Part shown: positions 48,601-62,161 of the stretch, in pieces
Position numbering within the stretch: position 1 is the first letter of the stretch
How the letters are laid out: each line of letters opens with the position of its first letter
Source of the DNA: Ascidiella aspersa
Taxonomy: Eukaryota
Reading direction: 5' to 3'
DNA length: 64,000 bases
NCBI GenBank assembly: GCA_963924565.1
Contig: OZ004613.1
Location: 11,222,001-11,286,000, forward strand
The notes under the pieces: generated by a model
The model's input: only the letters and a program-made list of their open reading frames with translations
Told to the model about the DNA's origin: nothing
The model's database searches: none
Made by a program: the position numbers and the translations under genes

Positions 48601-50670
48601 AAATTATTTGGCGCAGTGTTGATAACAAACAACCAGGGTTTTGGGCAGTTTTTCAACTAGTAGTTTTTTAACTTGAAAATGCGATTTAGGGGACAAGAAT
48701 TGTTATCGTCGAACAATTCGAGCTACCAATAAGCATAATGGTTAAACTGAAAGTAAGAACATTGAGTTTATCCGTTGAAAAATATTTTGCCTTACGTTTT
48801 GAAAGTGTTATGATTACTGTTTTAAATATAATGTTGAGTGTCGTTACTACTCAAATGTAAAAATGCCCCTAAGTACAACATTGCAGGTTGTGAAATAACG
48901 TTACGCGTTTAACCTAGAAATTTGTTTTGATTATATATAAAACATATGCTATATCTGCAGAACGTGAATAATGGTTAAACAAGGCGCTTTACGAAAAAAA
49001 TTTCTTGCAGCGCCTTCCTCGGGATGTAAATGCGATGACTAAAATCTTGATAGCGTTTTCGCTATTCTCGACGGTTTATCGTTTATAGCCATGAACATAT
49101 TGTCGCAACGCGTTGCGTGATGGGTAGACACAACTGTTTGTAAAAAACGACATTCGTCAAAAACATGCGATCCTGACAAGATCCTGTCCGCATTAAATTA
49201 AGTCAACTAAAATGAATTCTTGCGAATAAAATTAATCTAGCACAACAGTCAGTCCACTTATACCATATCATAAAGTTACATTTAAAAATTAAGCGCAACA
49301 TTTTCAGAGATATAAGGATCAACGTACTCTCCATAACAAGACTGGAAGAACAGCAATTAGTTGCGTTTTATTAGGTAAATTGTTTTAATTAGTGTCTATA
49401 GGATTAAATATATGTATTATACCCATTTTGCCAATGTATTGTCGTGTTCGAAATAAATTTCTTTTTTGCTAGCAGTGCGCCTTTAGAGCTATAGAAAATA
49501 ATTGCTATTTAAATATCTACGGTTTATTACGATTAAAACGTGTTAAGATTAAGAAACGATACCACACAAATACGCTCTTGTGCATTTTTTCCAGAGCATA
49601 ACAACAAACCAGCCTACACCTAAACCATACTTTTTCAACTGAAATGTAATTTTATTGCCTTGTGACTGCATAGACGAAAGGGTGTTTTTGTGCCAACGTT
49701 CGGCTGTGCACAGCAAATTATTTGGCGCAGTGTTGATAACAAACAACCAGGGTTTTGGGCAGTTTTTCAACTAGTAGTTTTTTAACTTGAAAATGCGATT
49801 TAGGGGACAAGAATTGTTATCGTCGAACAATTCGAGCTACCAATAAGCATAATGGTGAAAATGAAAGTAAGAACATTGAGTTTATCCGTTGAAAAATATT
49901 TTGCCTTACGTTTTGAAAGTGTTATGATTACTGTTTCAAATGTAACGTTGAGTGTTGTTACTTCTCAAATGTAAAAATGCCCCTAAGTACAACATTGCAG
50001 GTTGTGAAATAACGTTACGCGTTTAACCCAGAAATTTGTTTTGATGATATATAAAACATATGCTATATCTGCAGAACGTGAATAATGGTTAAACAAGGCG
50101 CTTTACGAAAAAAACTTCTTGCAGCGCCTTCCTCGGGATGTAAATGCGATGACTAAAATCTTGATAGCGTTTTCGCTATTCTCGAGGGTTTATCGTTATG
50201 TAGCGATGAACATATGGTCGCAACTCGTTGCATGATGGGTAGACAAAACTGTTTGTAAAAAACGACATTCGTGAAAAACATGCGATCTAGACAAGAGCCT
50301 GTCCGCATTAAATTAAGTCAACTTGAATGAATTCTTGCAAATAAAATTAATCTAGCACAACAATCAGTCCACTTATACCATATCATAAACTTACATTTAA
50401 AAATTAAGCGAAACGTTTTCAGAGATATAAGGATCAACGTATTTTCCATAACAAGACTGGAAGAACAGCAATTAGTTGCGTTCTATTAGATAAATTTTAT
50501 TAATCAGTGACCATAGCATTAAATACATGTATTATAACTTTTTGCCAATGTATTGTCGTGTTCGCATTAAATTTCTTTTTTGCTAGCATTGAGTCTTTAG
50601 TGCTATAGAAAATAGTTGCGATTTAAATATCTACGGTTTATTACGATTAAGACGTGTTAAGATCGAGAAA
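45696..50670. repeat. ~1.11-kb tandem repeat, ~4.5 units
   Basis: Equivalent positions at 46208, 47322, 48435 and 49549; only ~1.5 units in the paralogous region 35327-36950. Confidence 0.93.
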
Positions 50671-53600
50671 CGCTACAATACGAAAATGCTTCTGTCAAAG
50701 CATACGTTTCCAGTGTCCCTTTCTGCTTCCTAGGGTTGAATTTTGTTCCAGGGCATAACAACAAACCAGCCTACACCTAAACCATACTTGCATAATGGTT
50801 AAACTGAAAGTAAAAACATTTAATTTATTCGTTAAAACGTTTTGCGATGTGTTTGGAAAGTGTTTATGATTACTGATTAAAATATTTACGTTGATTGCCG
50901 TTACTTACATTAAATGTGAAATTAGTCCTAAGTAAAACATTTAAAGTTGCGAAATAACTTTACGCGTTTAACCTAGAAATTTGTTTTGATAATATAAAAC
51001 ATACGCTAAATCTCCAGGATGTGAATGATGGTTAAACAGGACGCTTTAGAAAAAAGTTTCTTGCAGCGATTTCCTCGGGATGTTAGTGCGATGACTATAC
51101 CATAAATGCCATAACTACCATCTCGAACGTTTCTTCGCCAATCTCGGCGAATTTTGTTTTCTGCAATTGGAAGACATGTTGGGTTCGATAACTCTCTTCT
51201 CATTCTATAGCAATAAACATTTAGTCGCAATAAGACGTTGGTAACACGGAGAAACCGTGCAAGCGATGTTATCTTGGCAAGTAAGTTTATACAATACAAG
51301 TTGTAAAATTCTCCGTATAAGTTTAACTAAAAAATGTTGTCTATTATCTTTCCCCTTTTGAGTTTGACGTCTAGTGAACTGCCAACGAAACCTTATTCAG
51401 CCTGACGATCATGCTATAAATACATCAAGACATTTTACATTGACATGCTAAATAAAATAAACAACATATTTTACATCGATATCATTTATTTTTGCAAATG
51501 GTTTAAACTGAACGAACAGCAGTTTTTTGTTCTTTCTAATGCAGAAACGAACTAATATTCCTTCTATTTTTACGGTAATATGCTACATTCTTAGCACAAT
51601 TTTAAAGTTATGTATTAAAAAATATTATGATTTGGGTTATTATATTTCAATCAAAGGCTTTGTTTTAATACAAAAATGCTTTCCGCAAGCATCGTTTTCC
51701 AACAAATAATATTTATGTATTTTTGCACAAACATGTTTCATTGACTTCGATTTTCAATTTTGAATCCTTATCAAATAATTTATATTTATTTATATCCACA
51801 AAATTTCAACGTATTATCTAAACACGAGTATTATGATAATTCACCAGCACTTTCCCGAACTTAAATATATGGAAAAACAGTCTGGAGACACTATTCCAAT
51901 CAAAACTCGGTTTGATTTATAAACAAAGGAAGTCTATATAGTGAACAGATTTGTCTTGAAGAGTGATATGAGCGTTTAAGTTTCTTGCTTTAAATGAGTG
52001 TCATTGTTACATCTCCGGAGCGCGTAAATGGCAAAATGGGCTGAGGGTAACAGATGTGTATCTATATAAGCGTGACGTAACGAAATCGAAGTCATTAACA
52101 TATCAATTATGACATATATAGGTGTGTGTAAATGTTGCCTAACAGCCATAAAATGGCAGCCAAATTTGAATATACAATAAATTTCCCCATTAAATCACCA
52201 CTCAATTTGCACATAAGCCAAAAATGGTGGTCAAAACTTAAATTAAGAAAACATATTGGGATTTAACCATCGAAAACTATAGACATTAAACTGAAGACAG
52301 GAAAATATTTATTACAGTTTTCAGTATGGCGAATGTTTATCGTAAATTTTGCTATTATTTATGCAGATGCGCTGACAGTAACATGTAAGACCATGAGAGA
52401 GTTTAAGTATACCGTAACAAACAATCAATATTTCAATTTTTTAGATCCTATATTTCAACCGATGCTACACGACAAAATATTAGTCGACTGAATGGGATAA
52501 TTAAGAGGTGGTCCCTCGAAATAGAACTCTTAAAGAGGAGTTGGTAAAGTGTTCGCTTGGGATTCGAATATGTTGACTAACATTTCAAACGTGCCTGTGT
52601 CAATCTCGGGAAGATGAGTTTTCGCTGTAACGGGAACTTTATGGCTATTAGGTATGAACTCCCTTCCCGTGCTATAGCGATAAACATATTGTGACAATTT
52701 GACTCACGGGAAGATAGCTATTAGCACAACACGATTATCCGTTCTATAGCGATGAACATATTGTCGCACTTTAGCTAATTAGATATGGTTGTTGCAAAAA
52801 CAGGAGGTTTGCGAAACTGTTAAGGCGAAACCGTGTGGTTTAGCTGGCGCCAAACTGCAAAGTGATTTAACGTTATACAAATATAACCGCTGAGTATATG
52901 CAATTATTTTATTACTTTTTTTATTTAACCTCTCTCTGAAAGATACATTGTTATCAAGCCGCGAGTTTCTTTGTGCATTTCAAACGAATATTATTTCCCG
53001 TCTTTTGGTACCACAACAAGGTATTGAACAACTTATTTATCGTCTGGTATGATGACTGCTTTACCCTGTGATAGTTATTGAATGCTATCTATTTATACAC
53101 GAAATAATTTGTGTCTTTAAAAGATGAAATTATAATATCAAGAGTTTTTCGATCCTATTCAAATTAAACTGAAACTAGATAACCGATGAGATTTATCGTG
53201 TTTCGAAGTACATTTTTTTTTACAACATTCTTTAGGGTCATGGTCAGTGCCCAGTGTTTTTCGAGATCGTACGAATTTACGCTTTCTAAATGGATTTTTA
53301 ATAGCCCAAATAGTGTAGTGTCACTTGCAACATGCTGCTGGTTTTGCCAAGCTAAACACCAATCTAAAATCTTGCTAAAGTCCTGTAGTGCCAGCAGCTT
53401 ACGTCCTATGAGTTAGGGGTGACGATATGTTTAATTCCCATAACAGGAAAATACAAGCTATATTTCACAACAAAGTGTTTCCTTACTCTTATGCGTCCCA
53501 TATCATGCTGCAGCGTGAACGACAGACTATTCTTTGCAGCCTCGATTAAAATAATGATCTATTTCGAGGCGGTAATTTTATTATAAATTAGAAGACAAAG

Positions 53601-54217
53601 ATCTTATCGCCCTAATCAGTTTTAAAATAAGACCTACAAGGCAATAAATATAAATTGTCGTGGGAAATTAAAAACAATAACGAAAACATAAATAATAATG
53701 AACTTATTTTTACTGGAAAATTAGGATTGAACAAATCCCATGTTCAATGAATCTATTAATTGTGATTTTTGTCAAGCACACGGTTCACATAAATCATTTT
53801 TGCAAAATATGCTTTTGAATTTATAACTTGTGGATAACGAAGTATGATAATGCGGCTGAAGTAATTTGTTTTCATTTCACTTAGTTTTGCTGGGCGAACT
53901 GACTTACACTTTCTCGATCGACCCAGCAGGAAAATAAAGACCTATAATCCCTTTTTACTAACTCATACAAAACTCTTTTTTCTCCCAGCGCAAGCCCTAT
54001 CGGATGTTGCTATGAACAGCTGGCTACTGAGATACACAAGGAAAAACAAATATTTTCCTGTTTAACGCTATATAAGTGGCCCGTCAGCATCAGATAATCA
54101 GCGCATCCATCTCAAGCCAACGTTTGAGTGAACAGCGCTCAAAGTGCTATAATTATTCAAATTGCTTAGCACAAGCAATCTTGCTAAATTTGAATTGTTT
54201 TAGATTATTCAGGAACC

Positions 54218-55072
54218 ATGAATAAGCTAACTGTTTTCGCTCTTCTTTTTGCTGTTCTTTTGTTGGCTGATGTCGACGCCTGGAGTCGTCGTCGTCGTCG
54301 TCGCCGCCGGCGCCGCCGTTATAATGTGAGAAGAATCATCCGTACTGGTTGCAGATTGAACACATATTGCAGAACTGGGCGCACAATTTACAGAATCGGA
54401 CGCAGAATTTTCCGTGCGTTCGGGTGAGTAAAATAATTATATTTAGTAAGAGTTTGTTTAGAATTGTTAATGTGAAACCCATAAGTTTGTGTGGCTCAAA
54501 GTTAGAATAATAACAAACAAATATGTTTGGTAAATTATTTTGCGGTTTATCGAAATTGAATAGTCCTAACATATCACCCAACTAAAGAAGGACGTTTTGT
54601 CAATTTGTTTACAGAGTAAGAAATTTTTTTCATTCATTAGTTTTTACAAATTTTATCTTTGAATTTGCAGTGATGAAGACATGCAGCAAGAACAAGAAAT
54701 TTTAGGTTTGTCCAAACACTGTTTATATTGTAGTTTTTTGTTACCTTGTATTTTTGAATGAAATATTAGGATCATTTTGCTTTGCACATTGAGGACACGA
54801 ATCAAATGAGCTACTAAGTTAGTTTCAACAATAGTTTACTAAATCTTTTTTATGAACAGTCTTTATTTAAAAATTTATTATAAGTTTAAAATAGTTAGTA
54901 AAAGTTTGGTAAAATTTTAACCTATTTTGAGGCTTTGTTTCAACATAAAGTAAATAAGATAACCTGTTTATTTTACACAGACACAGCTGACTTCGTAGAG
55001 GAAGACCCTGTTGACTTCGTAGAGGAAGACATTGTGGATGAACCCGAAATGGAAGAAGTTGTCCAGGAATAA
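54218..55072 (+). CDS. Putative antimicrobial peptide precursor, copy 4, divergent (exons 54218-54423, 54671-54705, 54981-55072)
   Basis: Same structure; mature region WS-R11-YNVRRIIRTGCRLNTYCRTGRTIYRIGRRIFRAFG. Confidence 0.85.
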
Positions 55073-57513
55073 ATACAATGTAAACACCTATAGTTGGTTA
55101 CCTTATTTTTTATTATAAAACAAGTTGTATTTACGTCTGGTGATTTTTCTGTTTCGTAAACAATCAGTTAAACATATATCAAATAAATTCCTTTATAATG
55201 ATGCTAAAGAACAGTAAAACTTTACTGCAGAAATGCCAGTGATGTTATTCATACACATTTAATTGTTTTTTTATATTTTAGATGGAACCGAAAAACGACA
55301 AGATCTCAATGGAATTGTTTTTATTTGGCTTTAAAAACTACAAATAAACTGCATTTAAAATCATTAGTGCTGTTGTTTGATATTATATTTTTGCCCCACT
55401 ATTTATAGTAAAAGGCCAATTCAAGACATTAGAATTACCGCAAAAATATCCTCGTAAGTTGTAACACAGAAGGGCAGAAATTAGTTGTTCTAAATATTGC
55501 GACTTTTCAGAAAGAAGCAATATAAGCAATATTGTAAATTAAACACTAATTTGGTCAAGCTATTTAAGAAACTTTCTATTGAGATAATAAAAAGGATTTA
55601 AATCCGAGAAACAAATAATACACGTATAACATGTATTAACAGTTATACACTGATAATAATTAATTAAAATTCGCTCAATTTATCAAATTACCTTAGTTCT
55701 ATAAACATTTTTACCAATAAAATAAAGCACTTTAGAAAACAAATATTTTAACACTAAATTTCAAAAGAATGAACATAGCTAATATTCCTGTTAATAAAAT
55801 GCAGACATGTGTGAAAAAATCGCACTTTCAAAAAAGAATTCCACTAAAATTATAAAAATAACTAGTTTCAGAGTTTAAATAAAAGAACAACTTTTGTGTT
55901 TATTATGAATCTCGTATTTCAGTCACAAAATTAAGGCGAAATAAAAAAACAATTTATCGAAATATGTTTAACAAAGTAGATACTAAAACTCAGTTTTTAG
56001 GCGCTATATTAGTACAACCTTTTTAGCAGTCAAATTTGTTAAAAGATATACTAATAAAAATATTATTATTTGTGATGAAGCAAAATAGTCGTAAATATAG
56101 GAACTTTAAACGGTTATGGTCGGACGACGGCACGTCGTCTTAGAGAGACCAGACAGAGCAACGTCGCTCACAATGCTCCCTATAAAACGAGAGTCCAGGC
56201 GATTGGCTAATATAGAAACAATGTCCTGTGCTCCTATAGAAAGAAAAATAGTGGACTTTTTCCATGAGAAAATGTCGCATAAATGAAGAGAAGTTTAGAA
56301 AATTGTTCGTTGGAAATACGAATATGTTGACTAACATATGGATCTTGCCTTCTCCAATCTCGGGAAGATGAGTTTTCGCTGCAACAGGAACGATTTGTTT
56401 ATAAAGTGTAAACTCTTTTCCCGCCCTACAAACACATAATTGAACAAAACGATGATCCTTTCTATAGCGATTGACATATTGTCCATTTTTAGCTAATTGG
56501 AAATGGTTGTTGCTAAAACAAGAAGTTTGCCAAACTATTAAGGTGGAATAGTGTTCGTCTAGCCCCATACTGCAAGGTGATTTAGCGTTATACAATTATA
56601 ACAGCTGGCTATAATAAAATTAATTATTTAAATTTGACTCTCTGCAAAAGAGACATTGTTGTCAAGCCTAGTGTGTCTTTCTGCATTTGAAACGAATATT
56701 ATTCCCCTTTGGTACCATAACCGGGTATTGTTCATCTAATTTATCTTCTGAAAAGATGATTGATCTGCCCTGCGATATTTATTCCTTTCACATTATATAT
56801 TTATATTATGAAATGTTTATTTCATTGCTTGCAAATGTATTTAAAAAACACACAACATATTAATGGTTTGAATCACAGTTTCTCATGTGAATAAAAACAC
56901 ACTTAAAATTATTACCAAGTAAGATGTATACACCAATGGCTACCCGAATGGATTACCAATAATCACACAAATAAATAAAGACTCAGAACACACATTCAAA
57001 CCCACAAAAAAATTGCACGAGGCCTTATAGTACACATTTATTTCGCTCTTTGTGTGGTGCTATTTTCGCCGCTAGTTAAGTTTTCGTTTTTAAGGATTTT
57101 CAGAATACAAGTACTGGAAATATTATCAATTACAATTTCTTCGAAATTCTTGCAGGCAATGGAATGAACATATTGTCGCAACTTGTTGCATGATGGGTAG
57201 ACACAACTGTTTGTAAAAAACGACATTCGTGAAAAACATGCGATCTTGACAAGAGTCTGTCCGCATTAAATTAAGTCAACTTAAATAAATTCTTGCGAAT
57301 AAAATTAATCTAGCACAACAGTCAGTCCACTTATACCATATCATAAAGTTACAAGATATACTCCACAACAAAGTGTCTCCTTTTTGCCGATTAAAAACCT
57401 CTGCCGAGAAGACTCATGGTATTCGTCATTGTATTCACATTCGAACCAAACTTAAAAAGGACTTATGACGATTTAGGCGTTGTTACGACTATTAGGTATT
57501 AGTCTTTTGGTAT

Positions 57514-58171
57514 TGTTACGGACAAAATAACAATATTTATATAAGTTTTCTGTGCTTCTCTGTCAAGTGCAACCATGCGTTACGGTATGATTCCTTGGTG
57601 TATTTCGGCTTTGTTTTCGCACCCCTTTTTAGTGCAGTCTTTGTTCACTTTCTGTTGCAGTCTTCGTATGGCAGTTATCTGTTGGAATCGGCTAAGTTTA
57701 GTTGTTTATATGCTCGTTAATGTAAGAAAATTGCAATTTACTTAATGACTAGTTATGTAAAGTGTTTTGGTAACATTTTGTTTGTTGTTATTCTTTAAAT
57801 GTTTAGACGATTAATCAAACACCGTAATGCTAAACACCTAGGTACTGTGAACTTCAGAAATCTCAATGTGTCTTCTACTGTACAATCTCAACATGTTCTG
57901 TATTATGTAAACGCCTTTCAATGTCATCATTTAGAATGAACCCTCTTTGGATACGAACTGTATTTGTTTATCCGTTGCCGAATTCGTGCACCGTTCTTTC
58001 ACCTTCATCGCCATAATATAACACTGAAAACCACAGTTTGTGCAGTTTAGAGGACAGTTGTGAATTTCTGACTCATCGTGCCCGATGACGTCACCTATAC
58101 GACAAAGGCAAAAGCCTAGGTTTCCTAACTTGTAAGCCTATGCGTGACAGTCCTAAATTTTGGACGTCACA
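57514..58171. mobile_element. Solo LTR of an LTR retrotransposon (658 bp)
   Basis: TGTTACG...CGTCACA termini; 5-bp TSD GGTAT at 57509-57513 and 58172-58176; uninterrupted related site at ~62424-62446. Confidence 0.8.
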
Positions 58172-58679
58172 GGTATTATTATAAATTGTGTTTTATACCG
58201 ATTTAAATGTTGGTCTTATTTTGTTTTTATGGACTCCTAAATGCTCTCCCTAGATTATAGATTCCATTCACTTGATTTTTAGCATGAAACGCAAAGTTAT
58301 GTTGTTTACTGACGGTAATTTCAACGCAATTTTACATTCGGTTCCAACATGGAATACAGCTGCATGAAATATTGTTATTGTTTTGACCACGTGTTTTTAT
58401 TCCTAAATTATGTCGCCTATTGCTACAAAGTATTTTCACAAGTTTCAGTTTTGTTTCAATTTACAATGGTGTGAAACTGGACTTACAATCGAGTGCTTGG
58501 AACAGTTAAAACGTTTGAGGTTAAGGTTTCGTCCTATATTGAAAATCGACAACGAAAATAAAACTAATTTTCGTTTACTGAATTCTATTGGACGTAATGC
58601 AAGTAAATTAGAAACATCCTTGACAAGCAAGATAAAATATATTACCCACTCATCGAAGTAAAATATTTCCAACTGCTGC

Positions 58680-59035
58680 CAATATTGAGGGGTTAAAATT
58701 TGTTTTAAATAATGCGATGAGTAGGCTACGACGATCTGTATTTGCAGGATACAGCAGGCGAGCGATCCTCTCGAGTGGAACAGGATGTTTTCCACAACAG
58801 AGTATATTGGCACGCATGCTCGTGATGCGAATGCAATGACTTACATCACGATACCACTTCTTCCTAAATTGCATAGTTATTTTTAGCTCTTGCGACAGGA
58901 AGACTTTGTTGTGGACTGTGATCTCTCTTCCTTTCTGTATAGCTACAAACATATCGCCGAATCTTGACGCATGGGACATTGCTGTTGTGAACTAAGTATT
59001 TATGGGAAAAACTCCATAATTTATTGCAAAGCGAC
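58680..59035 (-). mobile_element. Dispersed non-coding repeat (MITE-like); same orientation at ~62940-63290, inverted at ~29050-29365 and ~39860-40170
   Basis: Shared GAGGATCGCTCGCCTGCTGTATCCTGCAAA core in both orientations. Confidence 0.6.
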
Positions 59036-60149
59036 TTGTTACTTTAGTGCATAATCATGAATCTCAAATTTTTCAGGCTGCTGACCACTATGAAAACAAA
59101 ATTCGGTTCTACGCACTCTTTTGCAATCCAATATTGTCAAAATGTAAGAATTACCCTAGCAGAAATAGTTAAAAACAATAATATTTTCAGGTATATAATT
59201 GAGAGTGTGCATTTAACTCTCTGGTGATTGACTGCATGCCTATTAATGCAAAGATGTTATATTTTAACATTGCAACTCTGTGTATACCCTTGAGAATTTC
59301 TCGAGGCACACAGTTGTATCAGAACACACAGTTTAAAAGTTTCGACATCTTGACTCACTCTTAGGTTTTTATTAATTTTGTAGCGCTTAGATAAAAACTA
59401 CCAGTGCACCAACTAAAACTTGCAAGTTATATTTAAACAATTTACCATAATTTTTGTTTTTTATAACCTGTTATATAAGCGAGGAAAAATTTAAGCATGA
59501 CACTCGAAACGTTTTTGAAACAAATGACATAATATTATCACCAAGGAATTTATCTCAGTATTTAACCGATTTTGCATTTACTGAAACAGGCAATTGTATT
59601 AAGATCAACATAACTTTTGATAAATATCCCACAATATAAGAGAACATTACATATTGTGCGTAAAATTTAAGGTCAAAAGTTATTGTCTTATACATGTATG
59701 AATATTTTTGAAAGAAATGCGTAGAAAATACATTGATTATAACATTGCCCTTTCGTTGCCTTTTTTCGTAATATATAGCTTGTTCCTGCTTCTGGTAAGT
59801 GATTCGCATTTGCATACCGAACAAACAATTCTGCAAACTAAATGCCTGCTTTTTTTAAATAGACACCACGATGTTATAACGTTAATATTTTAAATGTATG
59901 CGACAGATCGGACATATTAATCTAATCTTTTAAATTAATAATAATTTAGCTACTTTTATACCCTTTTATTATCTTAATATTTATTTAGTCTATATGTTCT
60001 CCAATAAGTTCAAACCCAATGTGGTTTACACATAATAATCACTATGCCTTGTCAAAAAGCAATAACCTATAAATATACTCTGTTCTTATGGATTCTACAA
60101 TAATTGCAAAAAGTTTGTTTAATTGTTTTGCTCGAAGTTATTTTTATGT

Positions 60150-60440
60150 TTCCTTACTTGAATTATTAGCTTTAAAACAAGATTGTTAGTTCTGTTTTAA
60201 AAAAGATTGCGGAGCAGTAATCCTAATAAGATAGATATTTATTTAAACCAGTGCTCCGCAACCTTTTTTACTTGCATCACACTAAAAGAGATAAAAATTC
60301 GGCGGCACACCTACGAAGTATTCACCCGTTTCGATTTGTTTTAGACGCTCGTAGTTCTCTAGTTAGAATAATTCAGGGCTTCCTAGCGTATGTTTCAAAA
60401 CATGTGGCAAGAATTGTATGCTTCAAGTAAACTGTGTAAC
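60150..60440. repeat. Segment duplicated in inverted orientation at ~63440-63728; contains the hAT-like end CAGTGCTCCGCAACC
   Basis: AAATTCGGCGGCACACCTACGAAGTA at ~60295 versus its reverse complement at ~63556. Confidence 0.75.
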
Positions 60441-61536
60441 AACAACTCGATTCAGTATTTAACTACCACAGATTTCACTATTTTCAAATTGTCTCAGTGA
60501 TATTTCATTGAAAATGACGAATTACTTTTTGTAGGGTTTGCGCAAGGCTTAGGAAAATTACCAAAGGGGCCGCTGCTAATAAAGGTGTGGATATGGATGT
60601 ATTTTAAACGTATCAATTATATTTTCGTTTTACTAGCAGGCAAAAAAATATCCTCTTTTTGGGTGCTAAAAATATGGTAGCCCTAGTATAAGTACAAAAA
60701 TTCGGTGACTTTGTTTGGTGCTTTTGTAGCTTTATATTTCTGTACTCGAGAAATTGTGGACTTTCAATGGTAAAACTCAGCTTGACTTGATCCTAACAAA
60801 AATCGAAACAATCTAAGTCATTTTGTGCAGTTATATATAGACGAGATAGTTTTATCATATCATGAGACTAGGGTGAATGAAATCTGGAGATAGATGCTAG
60901 GGGTGAACAAAAATAAAAAAAGTTTAAGCACTGCTGTATAGCATTATAAGTCAATTGCAATATGCTGCGGGTTTGCCCGGCTAAACACTTCCTATATATG
61001 TTAGGGGTGACGATGTGTTTAATACTCATAACAGGAAAATACAAGCTATACTCCACAACAAAGTGTTTCCTTTTTGCCGATTAAAAAGCTCTGCCGAGAT
61101 TGGCGAAGACTCTGTCATGGTATTCGTTATTCCATTCACATCCTAATCAAACTTAAAAAAATTATTCTAAAGCGTTTTTAATGACGAAACCAGTAATCTA
61201 AATAGCTTATTATTAACAGATTAAACAACAACAAACATACGGTTACCAAAATCGTGGTTATTTAGGTCTTCAAAATATAATAGGCCGCAGTGTTATTGTT
61301 GTACGAAATATTTACAATAAATGTTTGCCTTCTTTGATAAATAATAAAGATTTTTTTTATCATAAAGATAAGGAATTTTAAATAATACTGTCGAATCACC
61401 AAACAATTACACTTATGCATCGCGTAGTGCAGCTTCAACGATAGCCTGATTTTTGGTACAGCCTAAAACACAATAATATGCCCGAAAGTGTAAAATCTAA
61501 ATCGTTCGAATAAGATCTAAATTTGTTAAAATAAGT

Positions 61537-62161
61537 CCGGGGCCCGCGAGACAATTTTCTGGGACCGCGAAGCACCCAACAGAAAACCAATACGACGCTC
61601 CCGAAGAAGAAAATTTTTTGTGCAATAAAATTTTCAGGCAACTTACTTTACCAAGCATAGCAAACACAAAAATAATAACTATGCCGCTATTCGTTGAGCA
61701 AAAGAAAGAAAGTCAAACTCAGGCTCGACCTATACGCGCAAAGTGACATCACGCTAACGTAATTCCAACGTGTTTGCGCTCGTCATCACAACCTATGATT
61801 ACTTGGTAATTTACGTGATTACATGCTTTGGGTTGAATTGTGCATTGTGACTTCAAAGTATTGCTTTGTGATAAAGAGAATTACGTTTTTACAGCTTGCC
61901 TCGCTGCCACCTTTGACCGTCCGTCACGGTTTTAAAAACTTATCGTGATTGCTTCACTCAAATAAAGTAATTTCGTTAGCGTTACAATACTAAATACGGT
62001 ATTAACCAGCCTATCTAAGACTGGAAGTGCACCCGCACCATTTGATACCATTAAAAACAACGTTTTATTTTGTGTATATATATATTTAGGGTACAGTGAG
62101 CAATCTATAAATTGCTAGGGGACCGTTGCGAATTTCTTTTAAAAAAGTTTGAGAACCACTG
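61537..62161. mobile_element. Truncated non-autonomous hAT/Charlie-like element
   Basis: Ends in TTGAGAACCACTG (reverse complement of CAGTGGTTCTCAA); absent from paralogous sequence at ~34290-34330; other end not found. Confidence 0.55.

Larger units (their letters stand above)
27921..51360 (+). repeat. Two near-identical segmental duplication units (offset ~10.8 kb) carrying peptide gene copies 2 and 3; further homologous units carry copies 1 and 4
   Basis: 27921 matches 38721, 30406 matches 41212 and 33066 matches 43871; 1-3408 matches ~29643-33071. Confidence 0.9.

Noticed and set aside
46208-49770. Repeated 73-aa ORFs (also 35856)
   Set aside because: TTG starts, no recognisable domain, identity explained by recent tandem duplication, and the older copy near 25120-25395 is disrupted.
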